Positions 17,030-27,126 are shown, counted from the first letter of the stretch. The stretch is 64,000 nt of DNA from an uncultured Dehalococcoidia bacterium (GCA_951812825.1 OX638324.1:4977-68976); one strand, 5' to 3'. Program-made: numbers and translations. Notes: a model not told the origin generated them from the sequence alone.

Positions 17030-18034
17030 CTACAAGTTGAACTGTGGGTCAACCCAGTCGGACTCCTTCTGGTATATCTGAATCCGCGCCCGCTGGTTGT
17101 CGAGGACGAGAATCTTTCCGTCCTCGGAAATCTCAATGGACGTTGGCCGAGTGAACCGCCACTGCGGCTCCAGACTCTTGACCCGGAGCCGCGCCTTCAC
17201 GTAGTCCGGATTGGCGTCCACCGCCTCCTGCGCCCACTTGGAAAGTTCCTCGGCGTCGCCGATGAACGTCGTCAGCGGCATCCCCTCCGGATCGAACACC
17301 TCCACCTTGTTGTTCCACCAGTCCGTCACGTACACGTCCCCCTCGTCGTCCACCGCCACGTCGCTGGGCAGCTTTAACTCGCCCTTGCCTTCTCCGGAGC
17401 CCCCGAAGCTCGCGAGAAATTCCCCTTCCGGCGAGAACTTCTGAATCCGGTCGTTGTGCCAGTCCGCCACGTACACATCACCGCGACCGTCCAGAGCAAT
17501 GCCCCACGGATGGTTGAACTCCCCCTCACCCGGGCCTTCGCTACCCCAACTCGAAATATACCTACCGTCCTTCGTGAACTTGGAAATCCGGTGGTTCAAC
17601 TCCTCAGTGATGTAAATGTTGTCGTTTCCGTCGAACACAATCCCGCTGGGACCGTTTATCTGCCCCTCCCCACTGCCCGGCGTCCCCCATTTGCCCAGAT
17701 AGTTGCCGTCACGGTCGAAAATAGAGATGCGATTCAGCCACTCGTCCGCCACATACACGTTCTCGTCCCCGTCCAGAGCAATCGCCGTGGGCCACGTGAA
17801 CTGGCCGTCACCCGTGCCCACGCCGCCGAAATCCCGGATGAACTCCTCGTCTACGGTAATAACGCTCACCCTCTGGCAGGGCTGAAACTCGTCCCCACGG
17901 TTGATGACGTAGACGACCCCGTTGCCGCCCAGCGCCAGGTCTACGGGATGACGAAATCCCGGCCCTCCCGTGGCGTTGCGCCCGATGGTATGGCTATAGT
18001 TGTAGACCCTGCCCCGGACCATAACGGTCTGCAT
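17030..18034 (-). CDS. NHL-repeat beta-propeller protein
   Basis: Six repeats of GxGxGQF.wP.gIA.D..gNVYVaD..N.RIq.F. Confidence 0.9.
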   Translation of the reverse strand: MQTVMVRGRVYNYSHTIGRNATGGPGFRHPVDLALGGNGVVYVINRGDEFQPCQRVSVITVDEEFIRDFGGVGTGDGQFTWPTAIALDGDENVYVADEWLNRISIFDRDGNYLGKWGTPGSGEGQINGPSGIVFDGNDNIYITEELNHRISKFTKDGRYISSWGSEGPGEGEFNHPWGIALDGRGDVYVADWHNDRIQKFSPEGEFLASFGGSGEGKGELKLPSDVAVDDEGDVYVTDWWNNKVEVFDPEGMPLTTFIGDAEELSKWAQEAVDANPDYVKARLRVKSLEPQWRFTRPTSIEISEDGKILVLDNQRARIQIYQKESDWVDPQFNL

Positions 18035-18061
18035 AGCATGTCCTCCAGCGAATTTGCAGAT

Positions 18062-19480
18062 TTAGCCGAACTGGTACTCCCGAGTGGAAGCTATCAGCTG
18101 CAACACTTCCCCAACCCTCCGTCCGAAAGCCGCCCGCTCCTCCTCCGTCGCGCCCCTACGCGCGGGCCCGCCGGCCTCCACGTGGGCGATGAGCTCAGAG
18201 CGCGTATCGTCGTTCACCCGCGCCGGCCCCATCAGATCAATGCACCCGTCGACGAACTCCGTCGCCGTCAAACTCTCCCGAGCGGCCAGCCGCTCGATAA
18301 TCGACTTCACCCCGGGCAGGCTCGTGTCCCCCACCCGGTTTGCCACAAAGTTGATTCGACGCAGCAGTGAGCCGCTGTCGATCCATTCCTGTCCCGTGTG
18401 CCACCCCTCCACACTCGGCGGGTCCATCAGCGCCTGTCCCTGGTAGTTCGTCTCCAGCCCGATGGGTGCCATCCCCGGTTTCGGCGAAACGTGGTCCTGC
18501 ACCAGCCGCATCGTCCCTGCCACCACCTCCGCCGGACTCTTCACCTTCCCAAACCACACGCTCTCGTCCTTGAAGAAGTCCGAGTTGAACAGCATCCGCA
18601 GCGTCGCCCGCATGTCGTAGCCGGAACTGATGAATGTCTCTCCGAGCATATTGATGGCCACCGGGTCCCGTGGCGCCACGTCCAGCCAGCTTGGCACCTG
18701 CACCTCGTCGGCGACGAAGAAGTTGTAGAGATGGCGCGCGATGAAACGCGCCGTCGCAGGCTGCCTTACCACAATGTCTATTATGTCCTCTCCATTGAAT
18801 CTACCCCTGTGTCCCAGGAAAGTCTTCTCGCCGTCGTCGTGGTCCTGGGGCAGGTACTCAAAGCTCCACGGGTAACGCCCATAGGGAAGCCGCGGTATCT
18901 TCGCGGCAATGGTCCAGCCCGTAAAGGCGCGGGAACATTCCTTTACGTCGTCCTCCGAATAGTTGCCCTGCCCCATCGAAAAGAGCTCCAGCAACTCCCG
19001 TCCCCAGTTCTCGTTGGGCGCATCCCTGTGGTTCTCATTGTTGTCCAGCCAGAAGATCATCGCCGGGTCCTTGGCAAGAAGCACCAGCAAGTCCCGATAA
19101 TTCCCCATGCCGTTCTTGCGGAACATGTCAATCTGCGCCAAAAGCTGGTCGCAGTTGTCCACCTTTGCGTTGCCCGTGGCGAATACGTGGTGCCAGAACA
19201 GGACCATCTTCTCTTCCAACGGCCTTGGCGTGTTGATAAGCCGGTACATCCAGTGCGCCTGGCCGTTGGTGGGATTGCCGCCGGGTATCTCGTAGCCCGG
19301 GTTGTGTCGGAAGATCATCCCCTCGTCGATGGGCGGAATCCCGTGTTCTTCGGGATTGACCAGTTCCTCAACGGTAGCCTCGTACCCCTTCGCAACCCGC
19401 GCCTCCAACTCATCCCTGGTTGCTCCGAAACCCGCCCTCCTCATCAGATGGGACATTAGCGCGATATCTTTCTCTGCCAT
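18062..19480 (-). CDS. DUF1800 domain protein
   Basis: HLMRRAGFG, PLEEKMVLFWH.VFAT, DPAMIFWLDN, PNENWGRELLELFSMG, PPSVEGW; ATG 19480. Confidence 0.9.
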   Translation of the reverse strand: MAEKDIALMSHLMRRAGFGATRDELEARVAKGYEATVEELVNPEEHGIPPIDEGMIFRHNPGYEIPGGNPTNGQAHWMYRLINTPRPLEEKMVLFWHHVFATGNAKVDNCDQLLAQIDMFRKNGMGNYRDLLVLLAKDPAMIFWLDNNENHRDAPNENWGRELLELFSMGQGNYSEDDVKECSRAFTGWTIAAKIPRLPYGRYPWSFEYLPQDHDDGEKTFLGHRGRFNGEDIIDIVVRQPATARFIARHLYNFFVADEVQVPSWLDVAPRDPVAINMLGETFISSGYDMRATLRMLFNSDFFKDESVWFGKVKSPAEVVAGTMRLVQDHVSPKPGMAPIGLETNYQGQALMDPPSVEGWHTGQEWIDSGSLLRRINFVANRVGDTSLPGVKSIIERLAARESLTATEFVDGCIDLMGPARVNDDTRSELIAHVEAGGPARRGATEEERAAFGRRVGEVLQLIASTREYQFG

Positions 19481-19542
19481 TCCTAGACCCCCCTCACAGA
19501 GTGCAACGACCAAACGTTATGTTATATGCGCTTGGTGGCCCC

Positions 19543-19571
19543 ATAATATCCACAGGGGCAGAGGGTGTCAA
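19543..19571 (-). promoter_or_regulatory. sigma70 promoter TTGACA-17-TATTAT for the DUF1800-NHL pair
   Basis: -35 at 19566-19571, -10 at 19543-19548. Confidence 0.65.
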
Positions 19572-19680
19572 GGAACATTGACGGAGTTACAACGCCGAAA
19601 CGCAATCACGTGAAGGATTACACCTCTGATATTGTTCAGCGATGCGATATTAAAACCACGAAATGCCGTTATTGATAGCC

Positions 19681-20388
19681 TTATCGGAATTTGTATGACT
19701 TGAACGACTCGGCGTAGGCCATATCCTTCGACTCCCCCGTCATCGACCTCCACCGCCGCATTCCCTTTGCCACGTCGAAGTGCCCCACCTGACTCTCGTG
19801 CTGCTGCAGCGCCTTAATCGCCACCTCAATGACCTCGGACACGTCAATCCACGTGTCGGCGTTAGCCCGGTCCGTAATCAGCAACTCTTCCACATTGTGA
19901 GGCTCCAGCCCCTCCTCCAGCAGTTCCGGGAACGTCAGCCTGTCCCTCGCCGAAGGAAAGACCGCCGCCAGCGCTGCCTCCCCGGCGGCGATGTGGTCGG
20001 GATGCCCGATGTACGGCCCGTCCGTCAGACTCCGCACCGGAGAGGGACAGATGACCACCTGAGGACGGTGTCGCCGGATCTCCCGGGCTATGTCCCGCCG
20101 CAACTCCAGCGTCGGCACCAGCATAGCGTCCTCGTAACCCAGAAAGACCACATCCTTCACCCCCAGCACCCTGGCGGCGTTCCGCTGCTCCCGCATTCTG
20201 ATCTCTGTCAGCTCCGCCGACGTCATGCTCGGATCGCTGGAACCCTTGCTCCCGTCCGTGCAGATAACCTGCACCACCTCCATGCCGCTCTTGCACCACT
20301 TGGCAACCGTGCCGGAACATCCGAACTCTGCGTCGTCGGGATGGGCCACTATCACCATCCCCCGCTGGTACCCTTCATCGTTGGTCAT
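19681..20388 (-). CDS. PIG-L/LmbE family deacetylase
   Basis: VAHPDDAEFG, CTDGSKG, HPDH, H.SQ. Confidence 0.9.
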   Translation of the reverse strand: MTNDEGYQRGMVIVAHPDDAEFGCSGTVAKWCKSGMEVVQVICTDGSKGSSDPSMTSAELTEIRMREQRNAARVLGVKDVVFLGYEDAMLVPTLELRRDIAREIRRHRPQVVICPSPVRSLTDGPYIGHPDHIAAGEAALAAVFPSARDRLTFPELLEEGLEPHNVEELLITDRANADTWIDVSEVIEVAIKALQQHESQVGHFDVAKGMRRWRSMTGESKDMAYAESFKSYKFR

Positions 20389-20508
20389 CTGGCTTCTCTC
20401 TCCTCGTTGGTCATATTCTCGGGACTGCCGAATATTCTATCCTGATTCTACAAAGATGTAAGGCCCGAATTGGAATCCAATCATCCGGGAAACTCCCCCT
20501 CCTCAACG

Positions 20509-21801
20509 CTACAACGGCTCCCCGGCCCGCTGCGGCGGCTGCGGATTTCGCAGCAGCAGGAACATAACCACCCCGGCGGCAGTCATCGCGGAAATTATCT
20601 TCAGGCCCGCGCTGTAGCTGTAATTGTCCGCCATGTAGCCCAGCAGCATCGGCCCCACAATCTGCCCGCCCATCAGCACTAGGTGCGAATAACCCTGGAT
20701 CATCGGAAAGTTCTTCCGCCCAAAGTATTCGCCCCTCATCGCCGTTATCACCGGCCCCCGGATTCCCCAGGACATCCCCTGTATCGCCGACGCCAGTATC
20801 ACCTGCCAGAAACTTCCGGCTAAGGCAAAAAGCAGCAGCGCGGAAGCGTGCCCCAGCATGGTCCCCGCGGCGATGTACCGCTTCGGCAGACGGTCTCCCA
20901 GAAATCCCCCCACAGGCTGTGCCGCCATCAAGAATCCGTTTACCGCCACTACCGCCGTGGCCGCCCTCTCCGTAGAGAAACCCAGGTCCGTCTCCAGGTA
21001 CGGCACCATGTGCAAACTCAGCGACGATATGGTAAGCAACGAGACCGAATGCCCGATGGACATCAGCCAGAACGCAGGCGTCTTCAACGCCTCCTTGAGC
21101 GAAAAGTCGAATTCCTGCTCCGTCGACGGCGCGGCCCGGAGCTCCTTCGATCCTTCCGTCGCCTCCTCCTCAGGTTTGTCCCCATCCGGCAGGTAACCGT
21201 AGGGTTCAGGACTGTATCGCATGACCCTGGACAGAGGAATTCCAATAATCAATGCTATTATGCCGCAGCCCAGGGCCGTCTTATCCCAGCTGAAGTTGTT
21301 GATGAAGAACGCCACCACCGGCGCAACCAGAATTCCCCCGAAACCCATCCCCATCATCGTCAGTCCCACCGCCATCGCCCGCCTCCGCCGAAACCAGTTG
21401 GTTAGCGCGGGCACCACAGGAGTCCACGCGGCCAGGCCGGAGCCCACCGAAAGAATCAGGAAGGACGCATAGAACATCGGTACGTTCTGCGTCAGGCTCA
21501 GCATCACCAGTCCCAACGCCAGAATTACGAACCCGCCTGCCATAACAATCCGCGAGCCGAAACGCTGGACCAGCCATCCACCCAACGGCCCGAGAAAACC
21601 GCTCTCCACCCGTGAAAGGGTGTAGGCACCGGATATCAGCGTGCGGCTCCAACCGAACTGCCGCCGCATCGGCTCAAAGTAGAACTGGAACCCGTGCATG
21701 AACATGCCGCTGCTGATGGCAATGCTGACCATGCCCCCCGCCACAACCCACCACCCATAAAACATCCCCCGAACCCGGGAAATAACCCAACCCGCTAACA
21801 A
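20509..21801 (-). CDS. MFS transporter
   Basis: FYGWWVV, about 12 hydrophobic segments, GFLGDRL, YFGRKNF; true start may be 21765. Confidence 0.88.
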   Translation of the reverse strand: MLAGWVISRVRGMFYGWWVVAGGMVSIAISSGMFMHGFQFYFEPMRRQFGWSRTLISGAYTLSRVESGFLGPLGGWLVQRFGSRIVMAGGFVILALGLVMLSLTQNVPMFYASFLILSVGSGLAAWTPVVPALTNWFRRRRAMAVGLTMMGMGFGGILVAPVVAFFINNFSWDKTALGCGIIALIIGIPLSRVMRYSPEPYGYLPDGDKPEEEATEGSKELRAAPSTEQEFDFSLKEALKTPAFWLMSIGHSVSLLTISSLSLHMVPYLETDLGFSTERAATAVVAVNGFLMAAQPVGGFLGDRLPKRYIAAGTMLGHASALLLFALAGSFWQVILASAIQGMSWGIRGPVITAMRGEYFGRKNFPMIQGYSHLVLMGGQIVGPMLLGYMADNYSYSAGLKIISAMTAAGVVMFLLLRNPQPPQRAGEPL

Positions 21802-21862
21802 GGCAGAACTAACCCCCGACTAGACCGGCGACAGAATTCTGATTCAGCATGAAGAATCAACA

Positions 21863-24800
21863 TCAATTCGGGTTGCCGGGATCCAGGGCCAGTCTGATTT
21901 CGAATTTGTACTCACCAACGCTCTCCATAAATCCACTCATGGCCAGGTAGAAGTCCCCGGTTTCGGGAGCCACCCATCGAATCCCATGCACTGAGCCGCC
22001 TTTCCACAAATTACCGTGATCGCAACGATTATGCCATTCGGAAGATCTACTCCCATCAGCTCGATACATCTGCGCGCACAGGTCTGTTGTTTGATCTGGC
22101 CAAAAGAAGATGTGGTATACCCTGCCTTCAGAGGCGTTGAAGCGGAAATAGTCTTCATCGAAAGTATCGTCTATTGTGCCATGAATCTCCTTGAAACGCC
22201 CAATCCTGGTAGATGACTCTAGTCCGTTGCCATGGTCATCTTCCTCAGCCTCTTCCTGTGGCAAAATCGTGAAGGTGTAGTCACCGGTCTTGCCACCGAA
22301 GTTTTGCACTGCAAGGTAATACGTATCTGTACTGGGAGCTCGCCACTGAATCTGCGGTCCATCTGGCCCCTCTATTCGACCCTGCCACTCGTTCCGAAGT
22401 TCGCTCATCCCGTCGGGACCGTACAGCGTTATGCTCGTGTGACCAAGAGTCCCATGTTCCACGGATATCCGGTAGATCTGTCCCTCCTCCGCCGTGAATC
22501 GAAAATAGTCGAAATCGAAGATGTAGTCCAGAGACCCCGTAACCACCTCGCCGATTTCGACGAGCCTTGCATTCTCTGGTTCGTCGGCCTCGCCGTCGAC
22601 ATAGTCGATCTCCGGGTAAGCGAAATCCCCGCCGTGAAGATCCCGGAACAGACCGCGAACCCTGTCTTCCTGAGACGACGCATGCTTCACAAAGGTCTCG
22701 TATATCTCCTCTACAGTAGGCGGAGTGCTGAATCGCAATGCCGGCAAGTGCCCTCCGCTGGAAACGTACAATTCGTTCAATGCCGACGACATGGCATTCT
22801 TGCCCATTATCTTCCGCAACTTAAGTAGCAAATACTCGCCCTGCCTGTAGTTGCATTGGAAATAGGAAATGAATCCCAGGTCCTGCAGATAGGCATTGTG
22901 GCGTATGTTTTCAACCCCCGAGTCGACGCAGAAGCTCTGGACTTCCTTTGAAACTACAGTCTCTCGACTGGATATGTCCTGCCAACCCCTCTCATGATTC
23001 ACATGCGCCTCCACGAAGTTCGCCCCGCCTTCAACCAACCAGGGATGTCCGCCAAAGTTTGCCGTCAAGTAATAGTGGGCCACCTCATGGGGAACGCCAT
23101 ATAACCGACCGCGATGAACTATTACAGACATATGACTGCCAAGATGCCTCACAAGATGCCCGTACTCTTCCCTCCCTTCGGTCACAAGCAGCACGATGAT
23201 ATCCGTAGTTGGAAAGGGAACGCCAAAAAACTCTTCGGCAATTTGCGCTGCGGACTCAATCTGCTTCAGCGACTCTTGATTCAATACCGGACTACTATCC
23301 TGCACCAGCCAGACGTTGACATCACCCGCAAGAGGCAGCGAAATGGTTTCGTGATAGAGATGGTTATCTATCAGCAGCGCCCTGTACAGGCTGGGGTTTT
23401 GACCGGCAAGCGTCACAACCAGCGCGGCCTCTTCATCAGTCAACCCATCGGTAAACCAGGTTCTTTCGGTCAAGGTATCCAACAGTTCCTCATCCGCCCG
23501 ACCCAAGGCCCACAAGAGAAAGAAATCCAGGTCCCTGATCGCATCACCTTCGTACCTCGGCCAGCTTACAACTTTGCTTGCCAGCCCCTCATTCGCGGCT
23601 GCTATATCAGCCAGAGAGTAGACTGCAGAACTTTCCAGTTTTGTAATGCCGTCGGATATCCACGGAAGAGCTGCAATGTCGTCAGCGAATTCAATGTTTC
23701 TGGATGTCACTTCGAGCAGACCCCGTCTAACGACCCCTTCATCCTCCGCCACGTCCTCAATGAACCAGGGCAAACTTGCTACCCGTTTGGCCAACTCCAA
23801 GTCTTTCGACGCTATTGCGTCCAATAGGCGGAGGATCGATACCTCCCATTCCGTCACTCCGTCAACAACCCAGGGAACACCAGCCACCTGCTTGGCCAGC
23901 TCGAGGTCTTTGTCTGAGATATAGTCCACTGTGGTACTGGCTCCCCACTCATCCCCTGTCGCGTCGTCAGCCAGCCAGGGCAGAGCTGCCATATGCCTGG
24001 CAAGGTCAACGTCCCTACCTGCAATGTTGCTTATTGCGTGGATGACCGCAGCCTCCGACTGCACCACCCCGTCGGCAAGCCAGGGCCGAGATAGCAACAG
24101 CGTTGCCGCCTGCGCCCCCAATTCCCCTTCGTTGCCTTCTCGCACCTCAGCTTCAGCGATGTTTCTTACGAAATTCATGACACTTCGCTCATCCCCCGTC
24201 GGTCCGTCGACAAACCAGGGTAACATCGCCGCTGCCAAGGCCAAATCCGGGTCAATTTCTCCCAATCTAAGCGCAGACCGGAGCGCAGTCCGCTCATTTG
24301 CCGTCACTCCATCGACCAACCATGGAAGCGCAACCGCCCAATTCAGCATTTCAACTTCTTCCAATCCAACGGCGGCAAAAGCGGCGATGACAACGCTTTC
24401 GCCCTCCGTCAGGTCGTCAACAAACCAGGGCAGGCTCGTAACCTCTTCGGTGAACTTAACGCTGCGGGATGCCATCACCGCAGTCGCGCTGATAGCATCC
24501 CGCTCTCCCTCTATTGCTCCATCGGCAAACCAGGGGAGGCCTGCTACGCGTTTGGCCAATCCGACGTCTCTACTTGCAAGGAAGTCCAATCTGACGAGTG
24601 CGTCAGTTTCCGCCTCTCCCACTCCTTTGTTAAACCACGTCGTCTCCATAAGCAAGCTGCCTAGCTCGGAATCCTTGCCTGCCAGGCTGAATAGGTTAGA
24701 CACGGCAGCGCTTTCCTCCGTTGTAACTCCGTCGCCCAACCATCCAATCGTTAAAGTCCAATTCATTAGCTCGACGTCTCCGATACCAGCTACAGCAAAG

Positions 24801-25609
24801 GTGTCCAGTACTTCGGACTCACCTTCCGTCACGCCGTCGAAGAACCATTCAAGGGTTGCGACTCTCCCTGCCAACTCCGCATCGTCGACTGCAATGTCGG
24901 CAAGTGCATCTAGAGCAACGCCTTCTTCCTCAGCCACCTCATCCGCAATCCAAGACAATGCCGCAACTTTTCCCACTAGCTCGGGATCAGCCATCCCCAT
25001 TCGCAGGAAAGCCTCAAGCACTGCCGACTCCATGCCTTCCACCCCATCCGAAACCCACGGAAGCCCAGCTACCCGCCCCGCTAGTTCGGCGTCCACAAGC
25101 CATAGCTCAGTCAGCGTCTCAACCGCATCCGCTTCAGCCCCTTCTGCAGGGTCTTTAAACCACGAAATCTTCTCAGACAGCCTCGCAGTAGCCTCTTCCC
25201 GCGGGCTGGGCTCTGGAGTGGGAGTCGGCTTCGGCGTGGGTGCGGGCGTTGGCGTGGGGCTGGGAGTCGGCGTAGGCGTAGGACGCGGTGTGCGCGAGGG
25301 AGTAGGTTCCGGCGTAGCTGTCGCCGTTGCCGTCGGACGCGATGTGGGCGCAGGGGTGGGAGTGATGGTAGCTGTTGGACTCGGCGTAGGAGAAGGGATG
25401 GCAGTGGGTGTAGCCTCCGGTCTCATCGCAGGCGTTGGTGCAGGGGTGAGATCAGGCGTAGGCCCGACAGTTACCGTCGCCGCAGTGACAGGCATGGAAA
25501 TAGTCTCCGGCGTCGCCACGGGAGTTGCCGGTTCGCCGACGCAACCCGAAACCAGCGAAACAGAAACCACGCAAAGCACCATTAGGCCCGCCAACCGGAA
25601 TCCACTCAT
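21863..25609 (-). CDS. large lipoprotein: Pro/Thr linker, about 17 x 35-aa repeats, gluzincin (HEVAH..WLVEG) metallopeptidase, two PPC-like domains
   Basis: Lipobox LVSGC; (PT)n tract; LPW.xDG repeats; PHEVAHYYL-x9-WLVEGGANF; two D.DYFRF.A.EG..Y C-terminal domains. Confidence 0.8.
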   Translation of the reverse strand: MSGFRLAGLMVLCVVSVSLVSGCVGEPATPVATPETISMPVTAATVTVGPTPDLTPAPTPAMRPEATPTAIPSPTPSPTATITPTPAPTSRPTATATATPEPTPSRTPRPTPTPTPSPTPTPAPTPKPTPTPEPSPREEATARLSEKISWFKDPAEGAEADAVETLTELWLVDAELAGRVAGLPWVSDGVEGMESAVLEAFLRMGMADPELVGKVAALSWIADEVAEEEGVALDALADIAVDDAELAGRVATLEWFFDGVTEGESEVLDTFAVAGIGDVELMNWTLTIGWLGDGVTTEESAAVSNLFSLAGKDSELGSLLMETTWFNKGVGEAETDALVRLDFLASRDVGLAKRVAGLPWFADGAIEGERDAISATAVMASRSVKFTEEVTSLPWFVDDLTEGESVVIAAFAAVGLEEVEMLNWAVALPWLVDGVTANERTALRSALRLGEIDPDLALAAAMLPWFVDGPTGDERSVMNFVRNIAEAEVREGNEGELGAQAATLLLSRPWLADGVVQSEAAVIHAISNIAGRDVDLARHMAALPWLADDATGDEWGASTTVDYISDKDLELAKQVAGVPWVVDGVTEWEVSILRLLDAIASKDLELAKRVASLPWFIEDVAEDEGVVRRGLLEVTSRNIEFADDIAALPWISDGITKLESSAVYSLADIAAANEGLASKVVSWPRYEGDAIRDLDFFLLWALGRADEELLDTLTERTWFTDGLTDEEAALVVTLAGQNPSLYRALLIDNHLYHETISLPLAGDVNVWLVQDSSPVLNQESLKQIESAAQIAEEFFGVPFPTTDIIVLLVTEGREEYGHLVRHLGSHMSVIVHRGRLYGVPHEVAHYYLTANFGGHPWLVEGGANFVEAHVNHERGWQDISSRETVVSKEVQSFCVDSGVENIRHNAYLQDLGFISYFQCNYRQGEYLLLKLRKIMGKNAMSSALNELYVSSGGHLPALRFSTPPTVEEIYETFVKHASSQEDRVRGLFRDLHGGDFAYPEIDYVDGEADEPENARLVEIGEVVTGSLDYIFDFDYFRFTAEEGQIYRISVEHGTLGHTSITLYGPDGMSELRNEWQGRIEGPDGPQIQWRAPSTDTYYLAVQNFGGKTGDYTFTILPQEEAEEDDHGNGLESSTRIGRFKEIHGTIDDTFDEDYFRFNASEGRVYHIFFWPDQTTDLCAQMYRADGSRSSEWHNRCDHGNLWKGGSVHGIRWVAPETGDFYLAMSGFMESVGEYKFEIRLALDPGNPN

Positions 25610-25678
25610 AAAGAGTCCTATCTCCCCCCACCTGAACAACCGGCGGAAAGCTTCACCATATCCGCCCCTGCTCTCGGG

Positions 25679-26059
25679 TTAAGGGACCTGCATTATCTCC
25701 ACCCGAACGTTGTCCGGCGCTTCCACAAAGGCAATCCTCATTCCGTTCGGCAGCGGACGAATCCCCTCCAGCACCTTCACGCCCTTCCCTTCCAGCTCCG
25801 TCATCGCCGCGTCGATGTCGTCCGTCTCAATGCCAAAGTGCTCCAACCCCATGTGAGGGGCGGACGAACCGGCCGGCAGACTCTCAGACGACGCCTGGGT
25901 TATGTTCACTCGCACTCCTCCCAAGTCCGTCCGGACCGTCAGCGTGCCGCCCATCTCCGCCTCTGCATCTATCGTCGCCCCAAACGTGTCCACGTACCAC
26001 TGGGCCGTGCCCCTGGGATCTTCTGCCTTGATGTGAATATGGTTCATGCCAAATTTCAT
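25679..26059 (-). CDS. VOC/glyoxalase family protein
   Basis: NHIHI..D...WY..TFG, GLEHFGIETDDI, IAFVEAPDNVRVEI. Confidence 0.88.
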   Translation of the reverse strand: MKFGMNHIHIKAEDPRGTAQWYVDTFGATIDAEAEMGGTLTVRTDLGGVRVNITQASSESLPAGSSAPHMGLEHFGIETDDIDAAMTELEGKGVKVLEGIRPLPNGMRIAFVEAPDNVRVEIMQVP

Positions 26060-26115
26060 TTGATCTACCCCTCAACTTGTCTTCGTAATTCCAATTTCAG
26101 ATTCCGTCTATTCCC

Positions 26116-26703
26116 CTACCCACCCACCGCCCGCTCCAGCATCTCGTTTATCTCCCTGACCGTCGCCTGCTGCCACTCCGGAAAACGCTGGCTCACCCGC
26201 TTCCGCCGCTCAATGCCAAACTGCCTGTCGTCTAAGCCAGGCTGCTCCTCGCGGATGGCCGACTCTATCTCTGCCGACTCCTTGTCCGCCACCTCCGGCC
26301 GCTCGATCCAATGGCAGATGTAGTCCAACCCCTCCGTATAGAACACGAAGACAGGGATAGACTGATACTTCCCCTCCTTGAGAAACTCGTTCATCACGTC
26401 TAGGTTGGAATCCCGTGGAAACACCCGCACCTCCACCCCCGCGCTGTCCGCCAACTTGGCCATCGTCGGCAGCCCCCGGTACACGTCCGGGCACCAGTCC
26501 TCCCCTATCGCCAGCACCTTGGCGGGACCCCTAGCCCGTTGCGTCAGATTGCGGAACCGCTCAACCTCCCCCTCCTCCGGGTCAAACTCGCCGAAGTACT
26601 GCTCAAACCGCAGCTTGTTTACCTTTATCTGCGACAGGTACTCCTCGTACGAATATCCCTCCTCGAACCTCTGGGGCGTTACGACGGTAGTCTCCTCTGT
26701 CAT
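26116..26703 (-). CDS. thioredoxin-like protein (Thioredoxin_9 type), monothiol
   Basis: LAIGEDWCPDV, RD.N.D.M..FL..G...SIP; start ATG 26703 with GGAGGGAG RBS. Confidence 0.8.
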   Translation of the reverse strand: MTEETTVVTPQRFEEGYSYEEYLSQIKVNKLRFEQYFGEFDPEEGEVERFRNLTQRARGPAKVLAIGEDWCPDVYRGLPTMAKLADSAGVEVRVFPRDSNLDVMNEFLKEGKYQSIPVFVFYTEGLDYICHWIERPEVADKESAEIESAIREEQPGLDDRQFGIERRKRVSQRFPEWQQATVREINEMLERAVGG

Positions 26704-26745
26704 GGTCTCCCTCCTATCCGGGCCCACGGCCCGTCAGCCGATGTC

Positions 26746-26961
26746 TCAACCGTGGACGCCTTCGAACTCTCCCTCCTCGATCCGCCCGTCCGGGTAGACG
26801 ATGATCGGCACGGCGCTGCCGTACTCCAGCGCCTCGTCCAGAGCTTCCTGGCTCTCGTCCACCCGCTTCTCCACGTACTCGATGCCCTGGCTGTCCCAGG
26901 TTTCACGTAGTTTGTCGCATGCGGGGCAGAACTGGATGGTATAGATGACGGGAAGAGTCAT
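26746..26961 (-). CDS. glutaredoxin/NrdH-like redoxin
   Basis: IYTIQFCPAC, VPII. Confidence 0.8.
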   Translation of the reverse strand: MTLPVIYTIQFCPACDKLRETWDSQGIEYVEKRVDESQEALDEALEYGSAVPIIVYPDGRIEEGEFEGVHG

Positions 26962-27051
26962 GGCGTCCTTCCTGGTTTTCGCCCATCATATCCCAATCCC
27001 GAACGGCTGTCACGGCGAAAACAAGTTCCACGCTGCAAGCCTTCACTCAGC

Positions 27052-27126
27052 CGTCATTTCGGCCCCCGAGCCGGAATCCAGTCCCCTTCCCCCCTCGTCA
27101 TTCCCGCGAAGGCGGGAATCTATCTT
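27052..27126 (+). repeat. two CGTC-type REP palindromes
   Basis: 27052-27082 CGTCATTTCGGCCCCCGAGCCGGAATCCAGT; 27096-27126 CGTCATTCCCGCGAAGGCGGGAATCTATCTT. Confidence 0.8.

Noticed and set aside
19546-19554. DnaA box ATATCCACA as an origin marker
   Set aside because: A single one-mismatch copy inside a promoter, far from the skew switch
25200-25520. DNA tandem repeat or array
   Set aside because: It encodes the Pro/Thr-rich linker of the lipoprotein; the periodicity is codon-level
25679-26961. Selenocysteine in the redoxins
   Set aside because: Active-site codons are Cys and there is no in-frame TGA
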